Shown piece by piece: positions 24,101-37,099 of a stretch of 64,000 bases of DNA. The notes below the pieces were generated by a model. The model was not told where the DNA came from. It saw only the letters and a program-made list of their open reading frames with translations, and did not search any database. This DNA is from Rhizodiscina lignyota (taxonomy: Eukaryota): the NCBI GenBank assembly GCA_010015805.1, contig ML978132.1:310001-374000 (forward strand), in the 5' to 3' direction. The position numbers were made by a program, and so were the translations under genes. How positions within the stretch are numbered: the stretch's first letter is position 1; each line of letters opens with the position of its first letter.

Positions 24101-26497
24101 TCTCAGCTTCTTCAGTGCGAACCTTCTTGCCAATAAAATGAGAGTAGAGTTCCGTTTGACTGATCAAGAAGTTCAGCTTCCTCTTCTGACGATTCGCTTC
24201 GCGGTCTGCTTCAGCCCTCTTCGCATTCTCCAGCTCTTGTCGCTCGGCGAGCTTCCTCTGGTCGCGCTCATCCCTCTCGTTCCTCTTCCAAAAGCCCACC
24301 ATCTCCCTCATGCTTCGCTTGGCTCTAGCTTGCACATCCTTCATGCTCTTGTTGGTGCGTAGCTGCCACCTCCTGGCCTCCTTACTGGCAAGCTGTGCCG
24401 TCTTGCGCAAATTGCTGGCCTTGGTGTCGGTGCTGGCAAGTTTGATACGGAACACTTTGCCGACATCTTTCTTCGAGAGGTCGCGCCAGATCTGCTCGTA
24501 GATCTGGTTATAGGCCTTGGAGCTGTACGGTTCCATACCAGCTGGCAAACTCGTTGTTGCCCCTGTCATGCCAGAGTCCTCGCTGAAGCTACGATCTCTC
24601 TTGAGCTCAGCAAGTCGTCCAAGGCGCTCCATCTCCTTTGGTGCGATGAGCGGAAGATCCTCGCCACGATCAATCGCCATTTGTGCAGCAGCAGCAGCAT
24701 CCTTCTCGGCCTGCTTCTGCTCCTTGGTCTTGCGCAGACGGTTGCTCGCGCCCTTCTTTCTCTTATCAACCTTGCCGCCCGGTGTGCCCACCCCGGAGAC
24801 AGCGCCTTCTTCCATCTGGAAGCTGCCCATCATGCCACCCTCCATATTCGGGCCCAAGGGTGTGACCTCTCTGATTTCTTTACTAGGCGTTCCGCCCTGC
24901 AATAAGATGTTAGTCTGACGGAATTTCTTCTCGTGCTTCTGTGCCTCCTTAAACAAGCGTTCGCGCTCATCTTCATCCATGGTCTGACGTGCCTTCTGCA
25001 TCGCTTCCTCTCGCTTCTGAGACTCGTTGTGAAGAGTCTTTTCGCGGCGACGCTTGCGCTGCATGTCCTTCTTGCGCTCCTTCTCTTCGGCGATTTCTTG
25101 CGCTTGGACCTTCTTCCACGCGTCTTCTTCATTGTAGCGGTGGAAAAGGTCTTTGGCGTGAGAGAAAACAAGGTCGAAGAGGTCTTGGTGGCGTTGAATA
25201 ACTGCGGTACGGCGACGCTTCACAAACAGTGTTAGTATGATCGGCAGATAGGAAATTGATAAATGTGTTTAGCTTACCTTGCGACGAGCAGTCTCTGTCG
25301 ACCCGACATCGAGTTGTCGCTTCTGATGAGTCGTTCCGTACACTTCTCGTGATTCGTCAATATTGGTGAGAGCTCCGTTGGCAGTGTTCATGCTTGCTTC
25401 TATCCGCTTGAGCTCGGCTTGAACTTCACCTTCATCAGGTCTTACGGCGCTTTTCGGAGGATCGCGAGGTGCTGCAACCTCTACTGGGGGTTCATGGGCG
25501 GCGAGGCCATTAACAGAAGCTTTGCCGGAAGCCTTTGGCACGACCGTGATATTATTTTGCACAGGAGTCTGTGGTGGCGGCTGAATGGGCACTACATCTT
25601 CCTTGACTGCTAATGGATGCGCATTCGATCCTTTCGAGGATCGACGCGAGTGTGACGAAGTTGGTGGGCGCGGTGGCGGGTCATCGTTGCCAGACATGAT
25701 GCTCGACAGCGACATGGGGTCCGCACGCGGCGGCGTCGGTGCTGGCGGTGCCTGCTCGGCAGCCTTCACTGCGTGCATCCCGTTATCGCGCACGTATCCA
25801 GGGTTCTCTGGTTGTGAAGAGCGTCTAGCGTGTGGAGAGAACTGTGGAGGTAGGTGAGACTGTTGCTGAAGTGGAGGTCCGTTGTAGTCGCGATAAAGTT
25901 TCGGCGACAGTGGGGACCGCGACATGTGTTCGACGTGATTCGGCGAATAGTGTGGCGGTTGGACGGGTTGGATCGGCGAGTGGTGTGGGAATGAGGCCGT
26001 TACAGGAGAGTGGTGAGAATGTTGATAGTGTGCAGAATCTGGACGCGCATCGGGATATGCATAGGCGTCGCGGTTCTATTGAACAAAAGTGTTAGTTGAT
26101 GGTTTGGAGATGGAACAATGATGGAGAAGAAATTTTTCGGAGGTAAAGCAGCTAGGGTGAGGTGTCATACCTGAGCAGCAAACGGAGGCTGAGTAGAAAC
26201 TTGACTATTTCGTCTTACTGGACGATCACCTTGGTCCTGCGTGGGATCGTAGAAACGCGAGCCTGTCGGTTCTCGCGCGTGGAGCGCAGAGCTGATGGGA
26301 GGAAGGTGTATTCCGCTGTTTCGCGCGGAGGGCGATGCTGGATGGGGAGGCAAGGAGGTTGTTTGCGTGGGCGATCGAAGATGTGGTTTCTCCCTCTCCC
26401 TCTCCATATCCCCTGGCATCCTGCCATTGCTGGTCTCGGACGCGCCGCGATTGTAGTCCTCCTCCGGCGGTCGCTGCATGATGGTGCTATGGAACAT
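21112..26497 (-). CDS. INO80: INO80 chromatin-remodelling ATPase
   Basis: DBINO region ([19 protein letters not shown]), [20 protein letters not shown], split SNF2 helicase with long insertion and [11 protein letters not shown]. Last exon 21112-21300. The exact start (about 26497/26479) is uncertain. Confidence 0.96.
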
Positions 26498-27252
26498 CAA
26501 CTTGTGCAGCAGCGGATTTTCTGCTTCCGCTATCTCCTTGAAGCTGGCGTCCTGGCAGCGGCCATCGAAAGGTTTGCTGGTTGGAGGTGCTGGCTCGTGG
26601 CGCTGGACCAATAGCACGCCACCCCTTCTACGGACGATGCGGCGATGGATGCGCTGCGCGGCGGTGATGGAATTCGATGGCAGACTTGACGGAGGATGGT
26701 GATTGAGGTGGACGTGGGCCGGCGCAGGATTGGGGAGGCCAGCTCACAAAAATCAGGTCAGCCGTGAGCTAGCGCAGTAGCAGTAGCAATAGCTGATGCT
26801 GAGCATGCGAGGCGTCGGCGAGGCACTTGCGGGCACGACGATGGTGGTGAGTGCGGATGGGGAAGGAAGGGAGGGGGGAGCGAGGGAATGGTGGTGAAGT
26901 CGGGGATTTGTTGGTGGTGCTTATGATTATTGGGCATCCGCTGCTCCTTGGTTGAAACTGACGACGCGCCCACACGGCCATCCAGTTGTTGTGGCGGCTC
27001 TGTCCGCAAACTCAGCGTCGAGATAGCAGCTCAGGGTCACGCAAGTCGCTATCCCTGCATTCACGTCCGGTCGGCACTTCTATATGAATTTCATTGTTGC
27101 ATTGAGTCCATCTGCACGCCCTCTGCGCGGTTTGTCATGCTTTGGGATGCTTCGGGAGCTGGATAATTCCCGGAAGCTGAGTTCGCTTCCCTTTGTTCTT
27201 CGTTCAGGGCGCGAGCGATTCGATGCGAGAATGATCTGCCGCTAGTGACGTG

Positions 27253-27802
27253 GAGAGAGCTTCTTCAATGCCTGCGCTTTAAGCAGCAAATCTTAGATAC
27301 CCTTCGCAAAGCCTTCACTACCATTCCGCCCCACCCAGAACAGCTTTAGAAAGCACTGCCTCAGTTGCCTTTGTCGAGCACTTAGTAATGGAGGCTTGGA
27401 GTATGATCCAAACGAGTTGCTTGAAAGAGAGAGAAAGCTATGAGAGAAGGAGAAAAGCCTAGTATACACGGTAGTTAATAGTGCTAGTAGCGTTATATAT
27501 ATACAAGGGCTGCAAAGAGGCTGAATAAACACCTCTAACAATCTTTCAAATTGTCTCTTAGATTAATGTCTAGCTTAAAGTTAGCTATTTATAGTTAGGG
27601 GCCTAGTGGTTAAGAGAAGAGAGCGCAAGGGGAGTGCTGAGGAGTATCCGTATGGAAAGCTACTTAGAGGGGGGTTTGGTAGGCAAGGTACCTAAAGTTA
27701 GGTACGATATACCCGGAAGTTGTGCGGGGTGGTAGTGAAGGTTTTACCCGCTGGTATCCAAGATTTAGTGCTTAAAACCGCAAGCATTAAAGATATTTTC
27801 TC
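27253..27802. mobile_element. Non-autonomous Mutator-like (MULE/MITE) element, about 550 bp
   Basis: GAG...CTC termini and about 80-bp imperfect terminal inverted repeats (27253-27332 / 27719-27802). Flanking 10-bp target duplication TAGTGACGTG (27243-27252) / TGGCGACGTG (27803-27812). TpA-rich non-coding interior. Confidence 0.8.
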
Positions 27803-27932
27803 TGGCGACGTGCCCGGCCACGTTTCGCCGCTCCGGTCCGCGGAATTTGACCTGCATTTGCCAAGATATCATCGCTAACTTTTTGGGACGCGCGAGAGGC
27901 CAATTCCTCGACACTGCGATCCATATTACACA

Positions 27933-28944
27933 ATGGCTGCCGTATACAAGGCGCTTTCGAAGCCGACTACCAGGGAGTCTGATGCCAAGAATAAGGACGA
28001 AGTACGAAACAGGCAGCGAGTCCTCATTCTAAGCTCTAGAGGCGTAACATACAGGTAAAAATCCTCCAGGGCAATTATTTTGCAAATAATTGAATTTGAT
28101 GCTGATACGTCTTCGACACAGACACCGACATCTCCTGAATGATTTATACTCTCTTCTTCCTCATAGTCGCAAAGAAGCCAAACTCGATACCAAGACCAAG
28201 CTGTACCAACTCAACGAGCTTGCAGAACTCTACAACTGCAATAATGTCTTCTTTTTCGAGGCAAGGAAAGGCAAAGACCTTTACGTCTGGATGAGCAAGC
28301 CGCCCAACGGCCCGACAGTCAAGATGCATCTGCAGAACTTGCACACAATGGACGAACTGCACTTCACTGGAAACTGTCTCAAGGGCTCGCGGCCAATACT
28401 GTCCTTCGACTCCACATTCGACTCAGAACCACATCTACGCGTCATCAAAGAGCTCTTCTTGCACGTCTTTGGTGTTCCGAAGAGCTCAAAGAAACTGAAG
28501 CCCTTCATTGACCACGTCATGGGCTTCACAGTCGCAAATGGGAAGATTTGGATCAGGTGTTACCAGATCAACGAGACGGAGCCGGGAAAGGGCAAGGAGA
28601 ATGAAGACACTTCTGCAGGCGCGAATGGTGTGGAGCCCGGGGCGAAGAAGGGCAAGCACGGTGAAACCAACGTTAGTCTGATCGAGATTGGCCCTCGCTT
28701 CGTTCTCACGCCCATCGTCATACAAGAATCGAGCTTTGGTGGTCCAATCATCTACGAGAATAAGGAGTTTGTGTCGCCGAACCAAGTGCGCTCAGACTTG
28801 CGTCGTGCAAAGGCTGGCAGGTTCAACAAGCGCAGTGAGGCGGCACAAGAAGGCAAAATCAGAAGGGGCGACCTGGGTCTTACTTCAGAAGGTGGAAGAA
28901 GAAATCCGAAGGATCCGCTCGATTCCCAGGTCTTGTTCGCATGA
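27933..28944 (+). CDS. BRX1: Ribosome biogenesis protein Brx1 (Brix domain)
   Basis: MAAVYK..RQRVLILSSRGVTYR|HRHLLNDL, KLDTK, LHTMDELHFTGNCLKGSRP and EIGPRFVLTP..SFGGPIIYEN. Confidence 0.96.
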
Positions 28945-29006
28945 TCGTCTACCAATACAGGGGAGAGGTACCAAAAGCTCTCAGAGGAAGAGAGACATCC
29001 AAGACA

Positions 29007-29993
29007 TCATATCTCGTTGTATCCGGTCAGTCTCGCTGAGGGTATAGGATAATACCCGGCCGGACTAATCGGCTCTTTCAACGTCCAATTCTTCGCTTTC
29101 TCCTCGAGCTCGACCCTCCCAATAATGTCATGGTACCCCTCATATGGACTCTTCGCCTCACGCGACCCATCCGGGATATCACACGTTACCAATCTCTCGA
29201 GTCCTCTCGCAACACTAGATCCAACAGCATCGGTAACCTTGGCCCTAACGGCCCTCAATTTGCTGAACGGTTCGACAACCTTAACGAGACCATTGATATC
29301 TTCCCCTGGTGAAAAGGTACTTTTGCGCTTCTTTAACTCATCCAAAAGCATAACTTCGACATATTTCAGTGGTGGCGTCACACTACCGCCTTGACGCCTC
29401 AGTTCCTTCACCAACCTCTCTACTTGTCCCTTCAGTCCAGCCGTCAATCCCGCGCCTCCACAGTTATACTTGACGGTGGAAGTGTAACTATCCACGTACT
29501 CAATCGTTATAAGGAAGTTTCGCATACGACGAATATTACCGTGCGAAAACCACTGCAGGAATTCAAAAGAGCGGCGCGGCTGTAGTCCCGTGGGGAGCTG
29601 CCAGGCGAAGTGGAACAGCATTCGGTCGTAGGATATGGTGAGGGAAAAGAAGTTGTCTCCGTAGAGCACGTCTGCAGCTTCATTGTGTATCTGGTGGTTG
29701 ACAGCGAGGATGGCAGTATGCCCGCGGCGCCAGAGTGTGCAATTGACAGGCGCGGCCTTGAAAGTCTTGAGGAGAGATGTCATAGAATTGGAGCGTTGTA
29801 GACTTGAAATGCGACTAGTGTTACCCGAAGTGCTATCATTATCTTGAGACGTTGAAGGTGTGGACTTGAGCGTGTTGACGATGTCGGAGTCGGTCGAAAT
29901 TGTGTGTGGGAGGATGAAGGAGTAGATGTGGAGGCGGAGTTCGAGAGGGAGCGCAAGGAATCTGCATGGCTCCTCTTCTGAAGATAAAGCCAT
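29007..29993 (-). CDS. Fungal F-box-like domain hypothetical protein
   Basis: 328-aa ORF starting PCRFLALPLELRLHIYSFIL, with ILAVNHQIHNEAADVLYGDN. Confidence 0.75.
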   Translation of the reverse strand: MALSSEEEPCRFLALPLELRLHIYSFILPHTISTDSDIVNTLKSTPSTSQDNDSTSGNTSRISSLQRSNSMTSLLKTFKAAPVNCTLWRRGHTAILAVNHQIHNEAADVLYGDNFFSLTISYDRMLFHFAWQLPTGLQPRRSFEFLQWFSHGNIRRMRNFLITIEYVDSYTSTVKYNCGGAGLTAGLKGQVERLVKELRRQGGSVTPPLKYVEVMLLDELKKRKSTFSPGEDINGLVKVVEPFSKLRAVRAKVTDAVGSSVARGLERLVTCDIPDGSREAKSPYEGYHDIIGRVELEEKAKNWTLKEPISPAGYYPIPSARLTGYNEI

Positions 29994-30641
29994 GGCAGAG
30001 ACCTGGATAATCGCAAGGAGAAGTCTCTCCTTGAGAGAGAGGCCACTCTGGAGCTGTACCTACGCGTAACGTGGGGAGAGAGAGGTACGCGGGGGGCTTA
30101 ACAGCATCCATGGAAGGCGCAAGGGGCTGGCTCCCCTGACTCGTGCATCGGCTTGGCATTCGCATGGCTCCCGGCGACTGCCCAAAAGTCCAAATTGTCA
30201 GACCAGCCGTCTCTTCTCTCCACAACACACCATCATGATACAGCCCGCGGCAACCAGCTCTCTTGAGCTGGCTAAAACCCACAACACTCATTCCAAGAAT
30301 GCCATGTCATTCACCCTTTTCTATAGCCCCAACGGCGGGGTCTACGTCTCTTGACCCCTGGAAGCGAAGTTCGGCGGCGGCTATCAAGACGTTGACGGAC
30401 GAAACCCACACAACAAACCATTCCAAAGGGGAGAGGCTCTCTGAGTCAGTGAAGAGAAGGACAAATTGACATTTCCATTCTATTTTCGACATTCCAATTC
30501 TTGTTTCGTTGCACATATACCCACAAAAACCAAACCCCCAAAAACAACTGAGTCAGATACACCAAATCAAGCGTCGAGAACATACCACAGTTTCGAAAAC
30601 AGCACGAGTCACAGCAAAAAGTTTAAAAATCAGCGATCAAG

Positions 30642-31844
30642 ATGCATTACGAACACCTGCCAACCGAGCTTATCGCGCATATCTTTACCTCCACCGCGTC
30701 TGTCTCCGACGCACTCACCCTCTCCTCAACATGCCGTCGCTACCGAGAGATATTCAATCGCCAAAAAGTCACCATCCTAGCCGCCGCTGCTGAGCACCAA
30801 TATGGGCCACTGCACGATGCTGTCCAGCTGCTCACACACAACGCAAGCCAGCCTGCGCACCTTGTTCGCACTGTGCCGATATCATTCTCCTTGATCAAGC
30901 AGATCGTGGACATTGGCAGGGTGGCAGAGAAGTGGGCAGACTTGTATCCTTTCAAGCGATGGAAGGCGGACTTTGAGAGTCGACGGCTCTTGACGAGCTA
31001 TGAACAGTACCGTATTCGTCGTGCCCTGTACCGTCTTTGGCTGTACGGCGAGGCATTCCATAACCGCCAGCATACCCGCGAGACGAGACAAATCAAGCTG
31101 GTCGTCCAAGAGCGCTCAAGACTGCTGCACAATTGGTCGACGGAAGAATTGGTGGAGATGGCGGATGTGAGACAGGTGATGAGAGACGTTGTTGGCGACA
31201 ACATGTGTCCCAGCAACGGCACCATCGCGCGGAAGTGGCGCAAGCGGTTTCCCGAAGACACCACGCCGCATCCGCTGATGTTCAACATTCACCTGAACTA
31301 CCCTCCTCCAGCAACGGCAATGAATCCAGCGTTCCAGCCAAGTGGATACCATAATCCGTACAACAACGTCGGTTTTGACAACTCCAGCGCTGGTAGCGGG
31401 CAGTTCTACCAGCATCGTCCGTCGCGCTCGACGTATTCATGGAGCAAGTACCAGTCCACGCCGGCGCACGACCCTGGTGCTGAGGGTTGGGGCGACGCGA
31501 TACAGCACTACTACGTCGTCGAGGACATGCTGAAGCTCTCGCCCTCACAGATTCTCTTCCTGAAGGAGAATGTCAAGTATAAACGCGATGTCGAGTCCTG
31601 GATTCGCTGGTTTGCTGCTGGTGGGAGCGTGCCTTCGGGCGCAACCGCTGTTGTTCCAACGGCAGGGTTAGACGGCATGGAAGCTGGGTGCGGTGATTGG
31701 GGCTGGTTCGACAATAACGGCGAGACGTGGGGCGAGACGCTGAGGTTGGTGTTGGCGGAGAGGGGATTGGAGGTTGCGAATGTGCTTGGCGAGGATGGGA
31801 CGGGCTTTGATGGGGACTGGGGAGTCGTGAGGGAAGAAGAGTAG
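30642..31844 (+). CDS. F-box domain protein
   Basis: 400-aa intronless ORF. N-terminal EHLPTELIAHIF..ALTLSSTCRRYREI and RIRRALYRLWLY. Confidence 0.8.
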   Translation: MHYEHLPTELIAHIFTSTASVSDALTLSSTCRRYREIFNRQKVTILAAAAEHQYGPLHDAVQLLTHNASQPAHLVRTVPISFSLIKQIVDIGRVAEKWADLYPFKRWKADFESRRLLTSYEQYRIRRALYRLWLYGEAFHNRQHTRETRQIKLVVQERSRLLHNWSTEELVEMADVRQVMRDVVGDNMCPSNGTIARKWRKRFPEDTTPHPLMFNIHLNYPPPATAMNPAFQPSGYHNPYNNVGFDNSSAGSGQFYQHRPSRSTYSWSKYQSTPAHDPGAEGWGDAIQHYYVVEDMLKLSPSQILFLKENVKYKRDVESWIRWFAAGGSVPSGATAVVPTAGLDGMEAGCGDWGWFDNNGETWGETLRLVLAERGLEVANVLGEDGTGFDGDWGVVREEE

Positions 31845-33044
31845 ATTTCGTTGTATTGGTTAAAACTTAGCTTCATTAGTTGGACGTGTAGAATGGATTC
31901 GTATACTTTGGGTTTCCTTCCGTCTCTAGAATATTCCACAAGATCTTTTGGGTCGCTTTCCTCTTTATACGATCCTGTCCTTTACCTTCAAGTGAGTAGA
32001 GGTATTCACTGATCGGTCATTTCACTCTCTTCTCCTTCTCAACCAAGCTTTCCCAAGCAGGTGCTAATCGATCTGCGAACTCATCTTCACATGGAGTTCC
32101 TACTGCAACCGAAACTCTTTCATGCAACATCCCAACAGTTCTCATATTCGCGACATCGGTTTGACAGTTCTGGGGTTTACCTGGTTCGCGGCGTTTCCCA
32201 AACATGATTTCTACGCTCATGCTTCAAAAGTATTCAATACGACCCTTTCTTAATTAGACAGAATTATTTGCTTACTTCGTCCCACGCGGCCTGTCTTATT
32301 GCATGACATCGCCTCTCTATATGCCAGCTCCTGCTGTCTCCCTCTATGTCTACTCTTTAACTCTTTAACTCTTAGAAGCATCCGCAAAAGTACACGCCGC
32401 TACCATGCCTTGCTCGGTTTTCATGAGGAACAAAGGGCAGGGGACATACCAGTAAACCAATACGGTCACACATCTCCGTGCTCTAAGGAAGCTATTGTGC
32501 CTTGCTTCATGGTCCTTGCCTGAGTAGCTCCGCAGCTCGATCTCGAATATTTATCGACTAGAGCACCCCCTACATATTCTTACGTTCCATTGGGACCTCA
32601 TTCAGCTCTTGATCGTAGCCCGATCATGTCTGGAGACCGCTATTGTCTCTCTGTGTATGCCCACCTCCTTTTTAACATGTGAATGCTGTTGGCGTTTCAG
32701 GTCGCTCACGATCGTCAGTATTGCATATGTATGTAATATCGAATTTCTGCCGAATCAAGATTAGAATATCCCTTTCGATATTGCACCAGAAAAACACATG
32801 GAGTGTGGCGCAGTCAAGGTCGCGATAGCTTTCGCCTCGGCCTTCGATCCTTCGCGTGAAACTTGCACTGCGTTCACCTTGCAACAATGCATAGCCCATC
32901 TATCCCAGTACGATCCGTTATCTACCCCATCCTGCCAGCCGATAAATCTTCGCCATCCGATGAAACACTACACTTCTTGCGCATACTGCCATTCTGTCGC
33001 TTGAGCCATTGTCGCGCCGCTATGCCCGGAACGAACACCACGAA

Positions 33045-35300
33045 ATGCCCAATACACATGCCGATCCTGTCTATGATTTGGTTTCCCAGCTGGATACAGC
33101 TTTAGAGTTACGAGCGTCAAAAGTATCGGACCTTGCGCCATCATATTCGACAGAATACAATGATGTTAAACTCGATAAAGGAGCGCAAAGCTCTGCGCTC
33201 CCGCTGCCAGCCCAACGCGACATTGGATGGAAAACTCCCGCCAGGATGATCGTACCTTATGTGCTAGGCAAATATTGCCCCTTCCTTTTAATCTGGCTCA
33301 ATAAAAACTAACTGTCTTGAAGCTCTTCTCATCGCTGTTGCGCACGTTTGTTTTTTCGAGTGGGTCAAGGGCAAAGGCACTGATGGAATTCCTCAAAGTT
33401 ATGTGACCACATCGTCCACGATTATGGCCAACGCTATTGGGATTCTACTGCAGATATCCTTAGGTTCTGCTTTTACAAAATACCTCTGGCGCTTGGTTCG
33501 TCTGGCCTACTACAGGACGGCATTTCTCGACGATTTGTTCAGTATGCGATCCAACCCTCTAGCATTGTTTCGAGTGCTAGCGAAGCGCAAAGCCGTGATT
33601 CTTATCCTACTCTCCCTGTTTCTCTGGACCATCTCAGTAGCTGTCAGCTTTCCTCCTGGAGCGGTTACTGTCGAGCAAGCAACTCAAAAGTCAGAAGCAG
33701 CTGTCCCGTCCTTTGGCATTTTCGACGTAAGCCTTTTCAGGCTATTTCATTCTCGTTCATCTATTCTGCACAGTGCATATTACTGAACCTATTTTTCTGA
33801 AACAGCTGAACAATGCAACATACGATTCCATCACGGGGCAATCTCTTTCAAGCTACCATATCACGAACACCACCCAATTGCATCCTGAAATAGGGGTGCT
33901 CTTCCCTTCGTATGAATTCCCATGCGACCCAAAAGAGAATTGCCCGCTGCTTACGACACCGTCTATAACCGGCCTGGCTCAAGTCACGATGTTGACTGGG
34001 AAGAGGACGTTAACATCGTCTACTTGTGGAGCCAACTGTTTTTACAATTTGCATTTCAAAGGACCATACTTCCAATGCTCGAGCTTGTCCAGAAACATGA
34101 CCAAGAGCGTGAACATGACCGCCATCGTAAACAACACTACTCCTTATACCAGCGTGTGGAAGAATACAGCATCGAGTCTCTATACTAGCCTGGACTTCAC
34201 CATCTTGCAGGCCCATACAGTTACAGAGACATCTCCACTTCCCGGAGAGAGACTCGGTGAGCTTAACGTCACTCAGACCGAGATATCTTGTTTGCCTTCG
34301 ATCGCTGACTACGACGTTCTCAACACATACGAAAACAACGTCCAATCTCTGAAATACGAGACGAAGAATGTGCAGCCGCTTGATATCGAACCACCTGGAG
34401 TATGTTGGCCATCTGTGACGCTCAGTGAGATGCCTCCAGTAGACGGCGAAGTCTTCAATGCGACATGTTCAGAGAACACTACCGCTCAATTGCCATTTAT
34501 GCAGAACTCCAACATCATGGCTGTGTTTCTAGCTATGGCTGCACCTCTGGCTGGAACTGTTGAGACCGGGCTCGCGGGAGTGGGATATGTAGAGGATACT
34601 GTTTCCAATGGTGAATTCATCCTCACAAGTCAGTATCTTCCTCATATTTCGACCGCGCCACCAAATCCCTGGCGAAACTATCCAATATGCCTCAGGAATT
34701 CACAGGACCGCTGACAATCTCACAGGCGCTTCTTACCCGGCGGGCCTGATCGTCGCAAACACTCCCTTATCCTCTAGTTTTAACGCGCCTCCCGCAGCTG
34801 ACGGCGAGATGTATTCAAACTCGCCCTTCTTTGTGACGCAAGATATTCTCAACGAGATGCTAGCAAATATCACCTTATCTGCCATTTCATTAGGCCTGTG
34901 GAAGGAAACGACACAGGTAACTCAGAACCTCACCAACACCGTTTACGTCCTCTCTCGCCCCCTCAACATCGCTTTACCATATGGCTTGCTGTTGGGGCTC
35001 GCACTGCCATTTCTCGGGCTCGGGTTGTGGTCTCTCTACGCGAATAGGGTCCCAGCACAGGACGGCGGTTTCTTCCAGATCCTCGTTACCACTAGCGGAA
35101 GTGAGCAGTTGCATCATGCAGCAGCAAAGAGCGGTGGTCTCAGCGGAGCAACGAATGTGCCGCAAGAGGTTAGGGATTTGAAAGTGAGATTTGGAGAATT
35201 CATTGAAGGGCGTGAGAAGGATAGGGTGGTACCGATGGCTGGGTTCGGGACTAGAGATGAGGTCAGAGTCATTGAGAAGGGGAAGATATATGGAGTGTGA
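33045..35300 (+). CDS. Fungal multi-pass membrane glycoprotein of unknown function
   Basis: Multi-exon: N-terminal TM segments, N-glycosylation-rich lumenal part with CGANCFYNLHFKGPYFQC, then LANITLSAI, TM segment, GGFFQILVTT and LKVRFGE. Confidence 0.75.
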
Positions 35301-36104
35301 CCAGATCTTTGCCAGGAGGGTTGCTTGCTAAGCCTTGATGAAATGTATGTCTTGAACGATGCTTAATGAGCGTTAGGTGTTGGAAACGTATGCTAATAAA
35401 AGCCGAAGCGAACCCGTTGGGGGGCGTTGGTCGTGCATTGCTGACGACACGACAAGTTACAGAACAAAGCATGGCCGACCGAAGTGGTGTACCAGGTATC
35501 TGCTACAGGCCGTAGGCCAAACTCAAGCCGACCGCCTTGTACATCACGCGGCAGAAACTTAGGTGGTCCAGACAAATTCGTACAATTCGTACGGGCACCT
35601 GACAGGTGGACAACGGCAAACAACAGTCGGTTTCAACACCACCGTATCAACCAACAAAGCGCTACGACAGGGCTGAGGGACACGGCTCTTAGGAGTTGGA
35701 GGCAGAGCTAATCTCAGATCTAACGCATTACCAGCGGCGAACATGACGTGCCGAACCGCGATGGCGGCTACCATGGAAAGAGCTGTGAATATAATGGAGC
35801 CTGCAATGAACATTCTACAGTGCTCTCAAACAATTGGTGTATGCCGTTGTCACCACGAAAATCGGATTGTGCAACGGTGCAACCGAGATGTCCATGTGAA
35901 TGATGTCGGGCGCTTAAGTTCGCTATCGGTAAATAAGTATTTAAGTAGCATACTTCGCAGTCGCTTCCGCTCATTTCTCAAATTCCTTGTCAATGAGACA
36001 ACCTTTCAAAGTTGCTTAACTCTTCCTGACAGACCAAGCTCGAGGCCCGCTGTCCTGAAAGTCGTCAACACTTCTGCAAGAAAATTGGTCGACCCAGGCT
36101 CCCA

Positions 36105-36902
36105 ATGGCGGAGGAGAAGAAGTCCCATGAGGGCCTCGAAGACTCTGATTATCTGTACAAACTCGCCTGCAAAATTGCTGATAAGAATCCTGCTCTGGTC
36201 TTAGAGAGCGTGCGAAAGGTGCTCGAAGGAAAAAGAGCTAGCACAAGGCTTACAGCCGAAGAGCAGGAAGTACAGAACTACATTCACGAGCACTACGATA
36301 ACAAAGTAGCGGAGTGTAGTGCAGCAGCTCAAGCACGTGCTCAGTCTGAGCCCGGTGCTGTGGCTACAATGTCTCCTCATCTGAACGAACCAATTCCGGC
36401 ACACCCCAGAGAAGGGGCTGTATCCAGCGAGGGCACGTTGTTCCAATTGCCATCTCCACAGCCCAATCCTGAAACGAATCGGCGTAATGCGACAGCAGCT
36501 ACCATCATAGGTTCTCTACTGGTAGGACTGTCAGTCCTTACTGAGCAGGCACAATGGCAGTTGAGTATGGGGCACACACATAATCACCCCAGTGTACGGT
36601 GGTTGGAATCGTTTCCTGACCAGGAAGAAGTGCATCTTCCAACCCTTGGGCTTGTGATAGATCAAAACTGGTGTCGCGAGGCATATAGATGAGGTGGTAT
36701 CGAGGAAGTGATGCGACGCTCGGAGGAGCTAGAGGCTGAGGTCCTGCGAAGATCTGATCATGTCCTACGAGGTTGTTATCCACAAGGCACGCCACGATGG
36801 TATCAACCCAGGCCTGAGAGCATCCACGAAGATATGGAGCGTCATCGACAAGACTTGTGGATCAACATAATGCGAACTCAAGGGGAGATGCGTCGCCGCT
36901 AA
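36105..36902 (+). CDS. Hypothetical protein; frame interrupted by one TGA at 36690-36692
   Basis: ORFs 36105-36692 and 36708-36902 are in the same frame. No recognised motif. Confidence 0.3.
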
Positions 36903-37099
36903 GAGCCACGCGGGCTGATGAGTTATGGTGGTGAGGGAGAGCGATTCCACCAGATTTTGAGCGCGCTACTCCGTGGAGAAGGACTATCAGATGAAGACAT
37001 CACTAGTCAAGTTGTCTGCATCTGCAGCAGAACGTGACTTCCCAGTTAAATTATTTAAACGACAAGTCTTTGATTTATCATAACCTAATCCTTGACTCC

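Noticed and set aside
21351..25235. Antisense ORFs within INO80 (and similar ones in other long genes)
   Set aside because: Shadow ORFs caused by codon bias of the sense gene.
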